Shown piece after piece: positions 1 to 10,263 of a DNA stretch of 64,000 nt. Origin of the DNA: an uncultured bacterium (GTDB taxonomy: Bacteria > Verrucomicrobiota > Verrucomicrobiia > Limisphaerales > UBA8199); the NCBI GenBank assembly GCA_963749495.1, contig CAVVMW010000030.1, forward strand, positions 32,001 through 96,000. The letters run 5' to 3'. Both the position numbers and the translations under genes were made by a program. The stretch's first letter is position 1, and each line of letters begins with the position of its first letter. A model generated the notes under the pieces. The model ran no database searches. It saw only the letters and a program-made list of their open reading frames with translations, and was not told the DNA's origin.

Positions 1-597
1 ATGGGCTTCCGCTCGTTGCGCGTCATCAACGACGACCGGGTTGCTCCGGGGCAGGGCTTCGGGACGCATCCGCACCGCGACATGGAAATCTTCAGTTACG
101 TGCTGGAAGGAACACTGGAGCACAAGGACAGCATGGGCAAGGGGCGGCAACTGAAGCCGGGCCAGATTCAACTGATGAGCGCGGGACGGGGCATCACGCA
201 CAGCGAGTTCAATCCGTCCCGCACCGACCCGCTGCATTTCCTGCAAATTTGGATTCAACCGCGAGAACGCGGTCTCACGCCGAGCTACACCGAATGGCAC
301 CCCAAACCCGAACAGGCCGACGCAGCCAAGGTGCTGGTCATCTCCTTGGACGGTCGGGACGGCTCGGCGACCATTCACCAGGACGCGGACATCTATCGCA
401 TCCGGCTCAAGCCTGGACAGACCGTGACGCACAAGCTCAGGCCGGGTCGAGGCGCATGGCTGCACATTGCTGAAGGTGCGCTGGCCCTCAACGGGGTCAT
501 CCTGACGACGGGCGACGGCGCGAGCACCGAAGAACCCGGAACGCTCACGCTCACCGCCACTCAGCAGACCGACGCGATTCTTTTCGACCTGAAGTAA
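1..597 (+). CDS. Pirin family (YhhW-like) cupin protein, probably 5' partial
   Basis: Motifs LRVINDDRV, GFGTHPHRDMEI, HKDSMG, MSAGRGITHSEFN and FLQIWI are typical of pirin; ORF begins at the window edge. Confidence 0.93.
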   Translation: MGFRSLRVINDDRVAPGQGFGTHPHRDMEIFSYVLEGTLEHKDSMGKGRQLKPGQIQLMSAGRGITHSEFNPSRTDPLHFLQIWIQPRERGLTPSYTEWHPKPEQADAAKVLVISLDGRDGSATIHQDADIYRIRLKPGQTVTHKLRPGRGAWLHIAEGALALNGVILTTGDGASTEEPGTLTLTATQQTDAILFDLK

Positions 598-621
598 AAC
601 ACCAACAAACGCAGCAACAAC

Positions 622-1218
622 ATGACCAAAATCGCCATTATCTATCACACCACCTACGGCCACACCAAATTGCAGGCCGAGGCCGTCCATCGCGGAGCAC
701 AGTCGGTTTCCTCCGCCTCCGCCAAACTTTACACCGTTGAGGAAGCGACCAAACGGCTGGATGAACTCGATGCCGCAGACGCCATCATTTTCGGCTGCCC
801 AACCTATATGGGCAACATGTCCGCCGGGATGAAAGCCTTCCTCGAAACCGCCGCCAAGAAGTGGTTCACGCTGGCTTGGAAGGACAAAGTGGCCGGGGCG
901 TTCACCAACTCGTCGTCTTTCTCCGGGGACAAGCTCAACACCCTGCTCGGATTGGTCATCAATGCCATGCAACACGGAATGATTTTTGTCGGCCTCGGCC
1001 TGATGCCCTCCGCCAACCGGCCCGAGGAGATGAACACCGTCAGCGGCCCCGGCCCGGAGGCCCAGAACCGGGTGGGCTCCTTCATCGGGCCGATGGCCGC
1101 GAGTTTTCAGGTGAACCCACCCGGTGCCCCGCCCAAGGGCGACATCGAGACCGCCGAGGCATACGGTCGGCGGGTCGCAGAGATTACCAGTCAGTTAACC
1201 AAAGGCCGTAATGCCTGA
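622..1218 (+). CDS. WrbA-like flavodoxin / NAD(P)H-dependent oxidoreductase
   Basis: IIYHTTYGHT FMN loop, IIFGCPTYMGN, KDKVAGAFTNS, QHGMI. Confidence 0.9.
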   Translation: MTKIAIIYHTTYGHTKLQAEAVHRGAQSVSSASAKLYTVEEATKRLDELDAADAIIFGCPTYMGNMSAGMKAFLETAAKKWFTLAWKDKVAGAFTNSSSFSGDKLNTLLGLVINAMQHGMIFVGLGLMPSANRPEEMNTVSGPGPEAQNRVGSFIGPMAASFQVNPPGAPPKGDIETAEAYGRRVAEITSQLTKGRNA

Positions 1219-1258
1219 CAAAATCCGCAAAGGACATTCACAAGGAATAAGAGCAAAT

Positions 1259-1450
1259 ATGCAAACCAAGATAATGTTGGGATTAACCGCTGCCGCCTGC
1301 TTGCTGCTGGCACGCGCAAATGCGGCTGATACCTACAAAATTGACCCGGCGCACAGCAGCCTCACCTTCTCCGTCCGGCACATGGGAATCAACAACGTGA
1401 AAGGGCATTTCGACGAGTTCGTCGGCTCGATGGTGACGGATGACGGCGTT
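1259..1450 (+). pseudogene. YceI family protein, 5' fragment only
   Basis: Signal peptide then ADTYKIDPAHSSLTFSVRHMGINNVKGHFDEFVG; similarity stops abruptly at ~1450. Confidence 0.85.
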
Positions 1451-1932
1451 AGTCACCTGTCCAACTGGACCTGGAGTGGGGGCTTGACCACGGCGCATGG
1501 GCGGTGTTGTGCCGGATGTTCCCGGAGGCCGATGTGCCGGTGGTTCAATTGAGTCTCGACCAGAGGAAACCGCCTGCCCTCCACTATGAACTGGGCCGGG
1601 AATTGAGAGGACTACGGAAAAAGGGCGTGCTCATCATCGGGAGCGGCAACATAGTCCACAACTTGCGCGAGATGGCGTGGGAGGATACGGCGTACGATTG
1701 GGCACTGGAGTTCGACGCCCAGGTGAAGGAATTGATTCTGTCGGGCGACCACAAGGCGATAATTGACTACTCCAAGCTGGGGCGCTCCGCCCGTCTGGCC
1801 GTGCCGACCCTCGAACACTACCTGCCGCTGCTTTACGCGCTGGGAGCGCAGGATGAGGCGGACAGCGTGGGGTTCTTCGCGGACAAGGTGACGCTGGGGT
1901 CAATGTCGATGCGTTCCGTGAGGTTCGGCTGA
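1451..1932 (+). pseudogene. ygiD: DODA-type extradiol dioxygenase (YgiD-like), 3' fragment
   Basis: Frame reads WGLDHGAWAVLCRMFPEADVPVVQLSLD...LIIGSGNIVHNL...PTLEHYLPLLY...SMSMRS; N-terminal part missing. Confidence 0.85.
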
Positions 1933-1957
1933 TTCAACATGGCGCTTCCTGCCACGC

Positions 1958-2335
1958 TCAAGCGTGCGCCTGCCGGTACTTTGCTTTGAAGAACCGGAGC
2001 GATGAAATCACCGCGCCCAGCAGCGCCAGGAGCCAGCCAATAGGGTACGGCAGCATCAGAACTCCCCACCACATCGAATGCCCGCTCTTGCCGCCGATGC
2101 CTCCAATGGCGTCCAGCGCGAACAGAGCGCCGACACCAAAGGCTATCAGGATGAACACCCAAGTCCAGTAGAGCACCGTCCTGCGGTCCCTCCCCCCAAG
2201 GTACATGCCCAGGGCGACCATGCCGCTGCCGGGCAGGATGAGCAGCGAGCCTTCCATCGGGTCGAGGGTTCCGAGCATCATGGCGATGCCGCCGACGACC
2301 TTGAGAATACGGGACCAGAACACACGTGAGTTCAT
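1958..2335 (-). CDS. Hypothetical membrane protein (~4 TM)
   Basis: 125-aa ORF with four hydrophobic segments. Confidence 0.7.
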   Translation of the reverse strand: MNSRVFWSRILKVVGGIAMMLGTLDPMEGSLLILPGSGMVALGMYLGGRDRRTVLYWTWVFILIAFGVGALFALDAIGGIGGKSGHSMWWGVLMLPYPIGWLLALLGAVISSLRFFKAKYRQAHA

Positions 2336-2770
2336 GGCTTCAGGTTACCGCTCCAGCGCCTGAAGGTGTCAATCGAAAAAACTCACCGGCGCAATCATGC
2401 AGTCGATGAACGCTGAGAGGCTGGCATCTATCTCGCTGTGGCGGGAGCGCGCCTTTATCCCGGTGCTGGAGCCAGCTTCTCCGCTCGGCCTGGATTGACG
2501 ACGCGCTGGCGGCGGCACCCATCCCATCCCACGGGGCCATCGGCGTGGAGGCCATATTCGGAATCAGCCGCACGGGCCGCACTGGTCGATGCGCAAACCC
2601 GCGGGTCGAGCCGGTCCTGGTGGGGCTTCAGGTCTCAGACGAAGCGACCATTGCTGGCGAGCAAGGTTGAGCGTAAAGGGCGTGTCCCGACTGCGGCGCG
2701 GCTTGAGCAGGAAGCGGGAAGAGCCTCTTGCTCGGGGCGTTACGCCACGCCAAGCCCCGAGCGACGCTCC

Positions 2771-3193
2771 TTACTGCGCCTTCAGCGTCCTCACGGCTTT
2801 GGCAGCGTCGGCTGGACTGTCGAGAGCAATGTGCGTTACGAACTTGTTCCCAATCGCTGCTACCGACAGACCGCGCAGGTTCAGCCCCTTCTCGGCCAAA
2901 GCCTGCGTGATTCTAGCTCCTTGACCCGGTTTGTCCGGCCCCTCAATTGGTACGGTGTGCAGGCTCTTGGTCTTTGCAAAGCCTGCCTGCCGGGCAGCGC
3001 GACTCCCGGCTGCCCCTTTGATGGGGGTCACGAAGACCACCCCTTTGCCGGATTTTTCGGGTGTGCGCCGCGCAATGACGAACTCCAAGTTCACTCCCGC
3101 GTTCGCCAAGGCGCTGAGTTTGGCGCTAAGGCTGCCGGGCTTGTCTTCAATGGAAGCCGCCCACGTGTCAACTCGTTCTGCTTTCAATTCCAT
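2771..3193 (-). CDS. ACT domain-containing protein
   Basis: Two ACT repeats (EDKPGSLSAKLSALANAGVNLEF; PDKPGQGARITQALAEKGLNL); start taken at MELKAERVD. Confidence 0.85.
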   Translation of the reverse strand: MELKAERVDTWAASIEDKPGSLSAKLSALANAGVNLEFVIARRTPEKSGKGVVFVTPIKGAAGSRAARQAGFAKTKSLHTVPIEGPDKPGQGARITQALAEKGLNLRGLSVAAIGNKFVTHIALDSPADAAKAVRTLKAQ

Positions 3194-3608
3194 AATCCAC
3201 CTTTCGCTTTGCTGCACGGTTGCCGTTTTCTGAACCATTGTCAGCATAGGCTTGGCGAAGAGCGCGGTCAATTAGGTTTCCCGGCTCGAAGGGGAGCCGA
3301 CATCGTAGGTCCGACCACTCGTTAGTAGATTGAAGGTGCCGTTGGTCGGGTTGTGGTCAAGCACCCCTCTCGGCCAGAATCGCCGGAGGCGTGCTTGCCA
3401 CCGCGAAGAGGGCTGACAGCATCAGGGGCGCGTCGAGCACCACGGCGAGCGCCGCCCGGCGGCAACCTCCGTCGCGCCCCCCTATTTGGCCCACCGGAAC
3501 AGATTCAGCGGAAGTGCGCGGAATCTCTTTTTGGGCTTGACGTTCGGAACTTCATCCCCAATATCCGGCGCTCCAATACTGAAATTGCGAATCCAAACAA
3601 GACAAACA

Positions 3609-4085
3609 ATGGCAAAGAAGTCCTCTAAGAAAGCGAACAAACCGCTGGTCGCAGGCCAGCCTGCGAACCAGCCTGCCCCAGTCAATCCGGTCGATAAACC
3701 AGCCCAGAACCGCCAGGGGGCGGGGCTGAGCGAAGCGGTGGCGACGGAAACTCAGGCCGTGAAACCGTCCGCAAGACCCCCACCGGCAGAGGCGCCGCCC
3801 AAGCTCCTGACGCCGCTGGCGGCTGTATGGCCAACGGCCACGCTGTCGGAGCCGCCAAAATCGTCGGAGAAGGCGGCGGTGGTCGCGCAGGCCCCGACGC
3901 CCACAGTGCCCCAGAGCGTCAAAGTGCGATTCCTTCTCTTTGAACCCGATGCAAAGCAGGTGGCGCTCTGTGGCGATTTCACCGGCTGGGCGTCCGACGC
4001 AACACCCCTGAAACGACAGGATGGCGGGCATTGGGAGACGACCGTTGCTTTAGCGCCGGGACGGTATGAATACATTATTTCTTGA
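3609..4085 (+). pseudogene. Pro/Ala-rich protein with glycogen-binding (CBM48/AMPK-beta-like) domain, 3' truncated
   Basis: EPDAKQVALCGDFTGW...WETTVALAPGRYEY then a stop; the usual KFIVDG-W-DP ending is absent. Confidence 0.75.
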
Positions 4086-4380
4086 GTGTTACACAACACC
4101 TCTTGACCCCCCAAGGGCCGCCTCTCACTGCGCCCGTTTGCCGCCCATTCGATACAGGCATCGTTCGAGCATTCTTCGCTCCGGCGCATTTTCTGGATGC
4201 CTCATATTTGCGCCCAGCACATTGGGATGGGAAGCTGCTGCGATGAAACCAGAGAAATATGGAGTGACGACGACGTGGCCAACCCGGCTGCTCAGGCCAA
4301 CAGCGGGACTGCGTCTCTGTGCGTATCGGACGCGCTGGGCCCGCCGCGTCTGAGCCAACATCTGATGCCGGTCGCGGGCC

Positions 4381-4731
4381 ATGAAGACACGCACCGTCCT
4401 GTTTCTTGGAGTCGGGCTGCTTGTTCTCGGAGTGGCTGCTGTTCCGTACGTGGCTCATTATGCAGTTCGGTCCGGCATCGGTCCTCAGCACGTTTACGAG
4501 CTTTCGGAACAGCCGGGCTTTTTGACCGAGGAGTTGGCCATCTCCAAGGCGCAAGAGACGCTCAAATGAGGCCGTCAGGACGCCAAATCGTGGCAAGAGG
4601 TGAGCGGCAGTCGCCAAGTCACGTCGAATCGAATCGTCTTCGTGTTTCGAAACGGCGCGGCATCCACGCGTTTTGTACGCGTCGAGCTACATGGTAACCG
4701 AGTGGTTTGCCAAACCTCGATAGGGAAGTGA
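4381..4731 (+). pseudogene. Hypothetical membrane-anchored protein with in-frame TGA at 4567-4569
   Basis: The same frame stays open and protein-like after the TGA (…NRIVFVFRNGAASTRFVRVELHGNRVVCQ) until the TGA at 4729-4731. Confidence 0.45.
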
Positions 4732-4776
4732 GATACATGGCCGCGCCGTCCAATCGGCTCGCCAGCCGGATTGCCC

Positions 4777-5100
4777 GTGGCGGAAAAGCCGAGCGCCACG
4801 GAGCAGGTCATCCAGCGACTGCGGTCCATCGACTGGTTCCAGTTCGAGCGACTGGTCGCCCACGTTTATCGCAAGCAGGGCTACGCCGTCATCAGGCAAG
4901 GCGGCGCGAACCCGGACGGCGGCATCGACCTGGTGATCGAAAAGGACGGAACGCGCACCACCGTCCAGTGCAAGCACTGGAAGACCTGGAATGTCGGCGT
5001 GAAGGCCGTGCGCGAGTTTCTCGGGGCGCTCACCGACGCGGGCATCGGGCGCGGGCTGTTCATCACGCTCGGCGGATACACGGGGGACGCGAAGCAGTTG
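4777..5100 (+). pseudogene. Mrr-like restriction endonuclease domain fragment
   Basis: LRSIDWFQFERLVAHVYRKQGY…PDGGIDLVIEKDG…VQCKHW (D…QxK Mrr_cat motif); both ends missing. Confidence 0.8.
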
Positions 5101-5280
5101 GAGGGTGATGCGCTCCAAACGACGGGGCCATGATGGACGGGACGAGCCTCCCTGGTTGATGACCCGAGTTGCCGCGTGTTTTCGGCATAAGTGCGTGAAA
5201 TTCACGCATTTCGCGTCAATTTCACGCGTCCTTTTATGATGGGCTGAGCAAATCCGGCTAGAATCTGCGGGAATGCAGGA

Positions 5281-5295
5281 CGGCATGAACCATGC
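5281..5295 (+). promoter_or_regulatory. Candidate sigma-54 promoter for the prepilin-like gene
   Basis: CGGCATGAACCATGC has GG and GC at the canonical -24/-12 spacing. Confidence 0.4.
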
Positions 5296-5396
5296 TATAA
5301 GGTTTTGGCTTGATTCCTCGACTGTTGCGCGGGACTGGCGTGTTTGACTTTCGGGTTCAAAACGTGGCCAGCGGATGCAGCGCGGAGGAATGGGTT

Positions 5397-6197
5397 ATGG
5401 ATGACTTACAGCAGGCTGTGAGGGTTTGTTCGGAGAGCAAGGAGAAGGCCCTGATCGGCTTTACGCTCATCGAACTATTGGTGGTCATTATCATTATCGG
5501 CATTCTGGCCGCGCTCCTGCTTCCCACCTTGGCAGGAGCCAAGGAGCGGGCACGCCGCGCCAACTGCAAGAACGCCCAGCGCCAGTTCCTCCTGGCCGTT
5601 CATCTTTATGCCAACGACAATAACCAGGTAGTGCCGAGTGGCGCGGCGAACCCGCCGTTCACGGACGAGCACTTGCCAATGCTCAGCAATGCCACGAGCA
5701 ATGCCGTGGTCCAGTATCTAAAAGCCCAGCAACTGGTTCATTGCCCGAGTTTTGCCGCACACTTCATGAATAACGCCTCGGTGCAATGGGAGACGGAGGG
5801 GCGCGGTTACGTAATCGGCTACAACTACCATGGCGGGCACACGAACACGCCCTGGCCCGCTGTGACCGGCAGCACCGCAACCTGGATTTCGCCTCAGCGG
5901 TTGACTGACCCTAGCACCCTGGTTCTGGTTTCGGACATGAACGACTGGTCACACACCGATGGGCGGACTTGGGCACCCCACGGGAAGAATGGTCCGATCC
6001 TGAACGGAACAGACGCTTCCAACCTGGGAGCATTTGGTCCATTTGGCGGGGGCGGGCAATCCTCCGCACTCATTGGCGCAATGGGCGGTAATGTTGGCCT
6101 GCTCGACGGCTCGGTTTCCTGGAGGAACATCAACCGGATGCAGGTCTATCAGGGTTCACTGGGATGGCGTGACGACGGCTGCATCGCCATGTGGTGA
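5397..6197 (+). CDS. Prepilin-type N-terminal cleavage/methylation domain protein (DUF1559-like)
   Basis: [37 protein letters not shown]…; C-terminal [11 protein letters not shown]. Confidence 0.9.
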   Translation: MDDLQQAVRVCSESKEKALIGFTLIELLVVIIIIGILAALLLPTLAGAKERARRANCKNAQRQFLLAVHLYANDNNQVVPSGAANPPFTDEHLPMLSNATSNAVVQYLKAQQLVHCPSFAAHFMNNASVQWETEGRGYVIGYNYHGGHTNTPWPAVTGSTATWISPQRLTDPSTLVLVSDMNDWSHTDGRTWAPHGKNGPILNGTDASNLGAFGPFGGGGQSSALIGAMGGNVGLLDGSVSWRNINRMQVYQGSLGWRDDGCIAMW

Positions 6198-6548
6198 ATA
6201 CCGGGGTGGGTGATCACGGATGCCTGTGGCCGGGATAAAGACCGGGCTGTGTATGGCGGCGTGCTTGAGACGTTGTTAATTAGAAAGCAAAGGAATTGTC
6301 GGGAAAAATGTTATCTCATTCAGCCAGCCAGCCCGGTTTGCCGACCTGAACCGCGAGCTGTCCGAGCACTTAATCGTGCGCCCGACCAACGCGGTCGCCG
6401 CCCTGGCCTGTCCGCGTCGTCCGCCTGGGCAAGCCCATTGGGATTGGCGGCATCGGAGAGCAACGGGACGGACTGCGAACGCATCTTGCGGCAAACGGCG
6501 AGACCGTGCTCGCCAAAACCGCCTGCATTGCGCATAATCACTCCGGCA

Positions 6549-7145
6549 ATGAGCCTCAGCGCGACAACAGAGAAAATGATCCGGCTGGTCGAGGAAAGGA
6601 CCGGTTTCCCGGTTTACGTCGAACCCGACGCGTCGCTGCCCCCGGCTCAACTGGCCAAGGCCGTCGTCGCCCGTGCTGATCTGCACTTGCACCGGGTTCT
6701 CTATCGCCCGGACGCCTCAACCGCCCCGGATTACCTCATCTGCCATCAATGCGCATTCATTTTGCGGCATTGGCATTGAGTGACGCGGGACGGTTGGACA
6801 GGGCGGTGAGGCACCTGCGCCGGGCGGCAGAGTTGAGTCCCGCAAAGACGGAAGTCCGAGTTGCTCTGGCAACGGCGCTCGGTCGTATGGGCCAGGATGA
6901 TGAAGCGGTCGGGTTGCTGAAGGCGGCGGTGGAGGTAGCTCCCCGCAACCTCCAGGCACAACGGGGCCTGGGAGAAACCTTGCTCAAGCAGGGACGCCCT
7001 CAAGCACTTTGCCAAGCTCTCGCCCAGTGAGCAGAGGAAGCTGACGCTGGAAATCTCCATGCTTGGCCGGAACGGGTTTGAGGTTCACAACCCGCAAAGC
7101 CGATACCGGCTCAAGAGCCTTGAGGGCGAGTTCAGCGGCCTGGCC
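6549..7145 (+). pseudogene. TPR-containing protein collapsed into three pieces (N-terminal, TPR, C-terminal)
   Basis: N-terminus (MSLSATTEK…DYLICHQCAFILR), TPR helices (AVRHLRRAAELSP…), and a C-terminal EISMLGRNGFEVHNP…LKSLEGEFSGL piece, separated by frame breaks. Confidence 0.6.
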
Positions 7146-7508
7146 CTGGGCGCTCTGTTCCAGAGGAAACCGTCAATGGTGGACACCCTGAACAGTTTGA
7201 ACAAGTGGAGCCAGATGGCTGGTGGAGATCTCCTCAAGCTGAACCGAATCCGTCCGATATTGAAGTGTCAGAGTGGTTGTTAGTTGGTTTCATAGGAGAG
7301 GGCGACCCTGAAGCGCGTCGCCGTTCTTGTTTCGCCCAAACACCGCCCCGATGTTGACCATCGCGAACTCGGCGTAGGTCAACAGTTCATGAAGGAGTGA
7401 GAACTAAGCTTCCAGGCAATCGGCGGCGGCGGCATCGCCAACCACCACCGCCGTCGATCAGGTCATTGACTACGGCTGGCGGTAGTCATTCACGGCTCCC
7501 ACTTCCGT

Positions 7509-8909
7509 TTAACTCCTGCTGCCGGACCCCAGTTTAACGCTGACCAACTCAATGCCTGCGCCGGTGGCGAGATTGCGCGAGTACTTCTTCTCACGCGGGT
7601 TGTTCCAGTGCTCGTGGACCCCCAAGCTGGGCAACCTCTTCGTGGCCGTGGCGTGGTTTGGATCATAAAACGTCCCGGATGGGGGATCGTCCGCCAGCGC
7701 GGACTCACGCAAGTAATCGTCCGCGCCCTTCCGGGCAAAATCCGGCCATTCGGTTGCGAGAAAATCGAAACCGACCGAATCAATGGCGACCGGATCTTGC
7801 GAGGCCAGGAGACTGGAGGACCACTGGCCATTGAACGGCGGCTGCTGCATCCGCTGCGGGGCCGGGTCGCGGGGATGCACGCCTGCAAACAAGCCGTCCA
7901 CCAGGTAGAGCACCGTCTTGCCGCCGAAGTGGGAGTGCCCCATCAGGTCCACCAGGGGGCGGTAAATCCCGGCCTCCTTTGCAAAACAATTGGGGTGGAT
8001 GTCGTAATACCCTTCCTGGACAGGCCACCGTATCAGCGAGCCAAAGTGGTTCTTGGCGCAGAGCGTCACCCCTCCAACCGTGTGGGCCTTGAGGCTGGCG
8101 AAATTGATCAGGTAGTCGGCCTCCGCAAAGCAAGCGGGGAGATGGTCTTGCGCTTTGCCCTGTGGACGGCTGCTCCAGTAAAGCGGCTGGCTCGATGGCT
8201 TCACCTTGATACGCCCAAACTTGCCCGCGTAGTCCTCATAACGCACTTCCGGGAACGGCTGGCAGAAAAGGTCATGATACTCGTTGACCAGGCACGCGAG
8301 GGTGTCGCAGACCGTGACGTTGGCCGGGAGGACGCCAACGCTGGCAAGCTGGCGCAATAGGGCCATAATCATCTGCGGCGTGGTGTTCATGTAATCGTGC
8401 CGCCGGATAAAGGTGCAGGTGTCCAGGTTGACGTGGCCCTCGCGGTAGATCATGCCCACCCAATTTGGCTTGATGGCGACCCGCTCGCCCGCGCTGTAGC
8501 CCACGTCGCCTTTGCCGCGCAATTGGTTCAAGTGACGGAAAAGCTTGGACCATGCTCCTGCCACCCCAGTCTCGCCGGTCAGTTCGCAGATGGTGCGTGC
8601 CATCATGGCGTCCACGCGCTCCTGTTTCACGCGGTTGCCTTCCCACCAGTGGCCGTCGCCGGGGCCTTTCCAATCGGTCACTTCGGGATCATGAACCCAT
8701 GCGACGCGTCCAGGGTGGATGCCCTTGGCCACGCCAACAGGCTTGAGCGACTCCTGTTCCTGCGCAGCCGTGGCCGCCCGGACACAAACCGCGCAGCCTC
8801 CGGCAAGGACCAGCGATTGTCGCAGGAAGGCGCGACGGCCCAAGGCACGCGGGTTGGTCCTAAGCGGGTAAGAATCCATCCTGGAGAGAAAAGCCATTTT
8901 CGCTTTCAT
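7509..8909 (-). CDS. DUF362 domain protein with Tat signal
   Basis: GRRAFL Tat motif, PVGVAKGIHPGRVAWVHDP, IKPN, LKAH…TLCAKNHFG, SQDPVAIDSVG, GVHEHWNN. Confidence 0.9.
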   Translation of the reverse strand: MKAKMAFLSRMDSYPLRTNPRALGRRAFLRQSLVLAGGCAVCVRAATAAQEQESLKPVGVAKGIHPGRVAWVHDPEVTDWKGPGDGHWWEGNRVKQERVDAMMARTICELTGETGVAGAWSKLFRHLNQLRGKGDVGYSAGERVAIKPNWVGMIYREGHVNLDTCTFIRRHDYMNTTPQMIMALLRQLASVGVLPANVTVCDTLACLVNEYHDLFCQPFPEVRYEDYAGKFGRIKVKPSSQPLYWSSRPQGKAQDHLPACFAEADYLINFASLKAHTVGGVTLCAKNHFGSLIRWPVQEGYYDIHPNCFAKEAGIYRPLVDLMGHSHFGGKTVLYLVDGLFAGVHPRDPAPQRMQQPPFNGQWSSSLLASQDPVAIDSVGFDFLATEWPDFARKGADDYLRESALADDPPSGTFYDPNHATATKRLPSLGVHEHWNNPREKKYSRNLATGAGIELVSVKLGSGSRS

Positions 8910-9367
8910 GCAGCGATTTGACCAGAAAGACGGATCGTTTTCAAGCGTTCAAGCGCCAACGGCTGCTACCGATTTTCTTGCGGGACGAAAAGGCGCTGGC
9001 GGGGCAGATGCCGCTGCCCCCGACCCGCCGGGCGACGCTCGGGGCGAAACCGGCTGGCCACTGTTCCCGCGCCTGCGAGCGAGCGGGGTACACCCCATTG
9101 CCCGCAGGACGCAACCGGAATTTTGGGGCGACTGGACCATGGCGGCTGCCAATTCGGTCGGGGCAGGTGCTTCCAGAGTCGCATGGCTGACCTGGCCTGA
9201 CGGTCACCGACGCGCCGAGACAGCCGCCGCCGCACTCCGTCTTCGCGAGCATCGAGCAGCTCCAGAACTCCCGGCCCGCGTTTCCCCTGGTGCTGGCCCG
9301 GCGGAGCACCCTGTCGCTGCCGCAGCGCGGGCTGCTGCCCGTCCGAGCGTCCGTCCGCACCGGCCAT

Positions 9368-9706
9368 TCACAAGCCCACCCTCGACAATCCTGCAAGTCC
9401 CGTTTCGATTTCCTTCACCTTGGCTTCTGACAGGCCCTCCATGTCGTGCAAAGGGATGATCGACAACGCCCACGTCTTGCTGCCGTGGTAAATCGCTTTT
9501 TCCACCGGAGGCGTGCATTGAAAACTGACCGCATAGCGGTCAACGCCACGCCTGGCCAAGTGATACACGAGCAGATGCTCGTGGTGGCAGGCCACATACC
9601 AGTTGTCGCAGTCCAGTTCATGGAGCAAGAACTGGGTGGCTTGACTCACGTCCATTTCGCCAGCCAAGGGCACATCAACTTTGTGCGCGTGATCCATAAC
9701 TCTCAT
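9368..9706 (-). CDS. Hypothetical protein
   Basis: Protein-like composition, lower GC than the flanks; no family recognised. Confidence 0.4.
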   Translation of the reverse strand: MRVMDHAHKVDVPLAGEMDVSQATQFLLHELDCDNWYVACHHEHLLVYHLARRGVDRYAVSFQCTPPVEKAIYHGSKTWALSIIPLHDMEGLSEAKVKEIETGLAGLSRVGL

Positions 9707-10013
9707 CCTCAGATGCGGAGTACTGACCGTTCGCTGCTGCTTGATGGTAAGCAAAAGCCGGCTGGAGAGTCAAGCCTCATGAAGCGCCTTGAGCGGAGCA
9801 GTGGGCGCAGTGGCCCAAGTTCGGAACCCACGCAGGTTTGCGCCGCAGGCTACAGCATTTGCCAGCAGCCGGGTAAATTCCCGGTCGAATTTGCACGGGC
9901 GGCCTTGCAACGTTCACAAATGCCCTCACGCGCTACCTGAAGTCAGGAACAGACAGCCGTGCAGCCCCGCTGACGGCAGGACTTCTGTGTTCCACCGGAT
10001 TGTGGCAATCTGA

Positions 10014-10235
10014 GCCGATGACCCGAATGTGCCGCCGAAGGAGGTTGCGGCGTTCGAGGAGGAGATGCGCCAGGCGGGGGTGGACTGGCAACTGGTTGCC
10101 TACGGCGGGGCAGTCCACTCCTTCACGGACTGGGACGCTGGCAATGGCAACTCGAAAGGTGCCGCCTACAATGAACGGGCGGACCGGCGGTCCTGGGAGG
10201 CGATGAAGCAGTTCTTCGCCGAGTTGTTCAAATGA
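10014..10235 (+). pseudogene. Dienelactone hydrolase, C-terminal fragment
   Basis: ADDPNVPP…VDWQLVAYGGAVHSFT…AYNERADRRSWEAMKQFFAE. Confidence 0.85.
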
Positions 10236-10263
10236 CGTACGGGTGTGGTCACTCGACCGCTCA

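Noticed and set aside
4567..4569. In-frame TGA as selenocysteine or recoding
   Set aside because: No redox motif or convincing SECIS; other genes end normally at TGA; a nonsense change or junction is simpler
7262..7470. Hairpin-rich intergenic stretch as an ncRNA
   Set aside because: Only short GC stems, a single copy, and no recognisable RNA family motif
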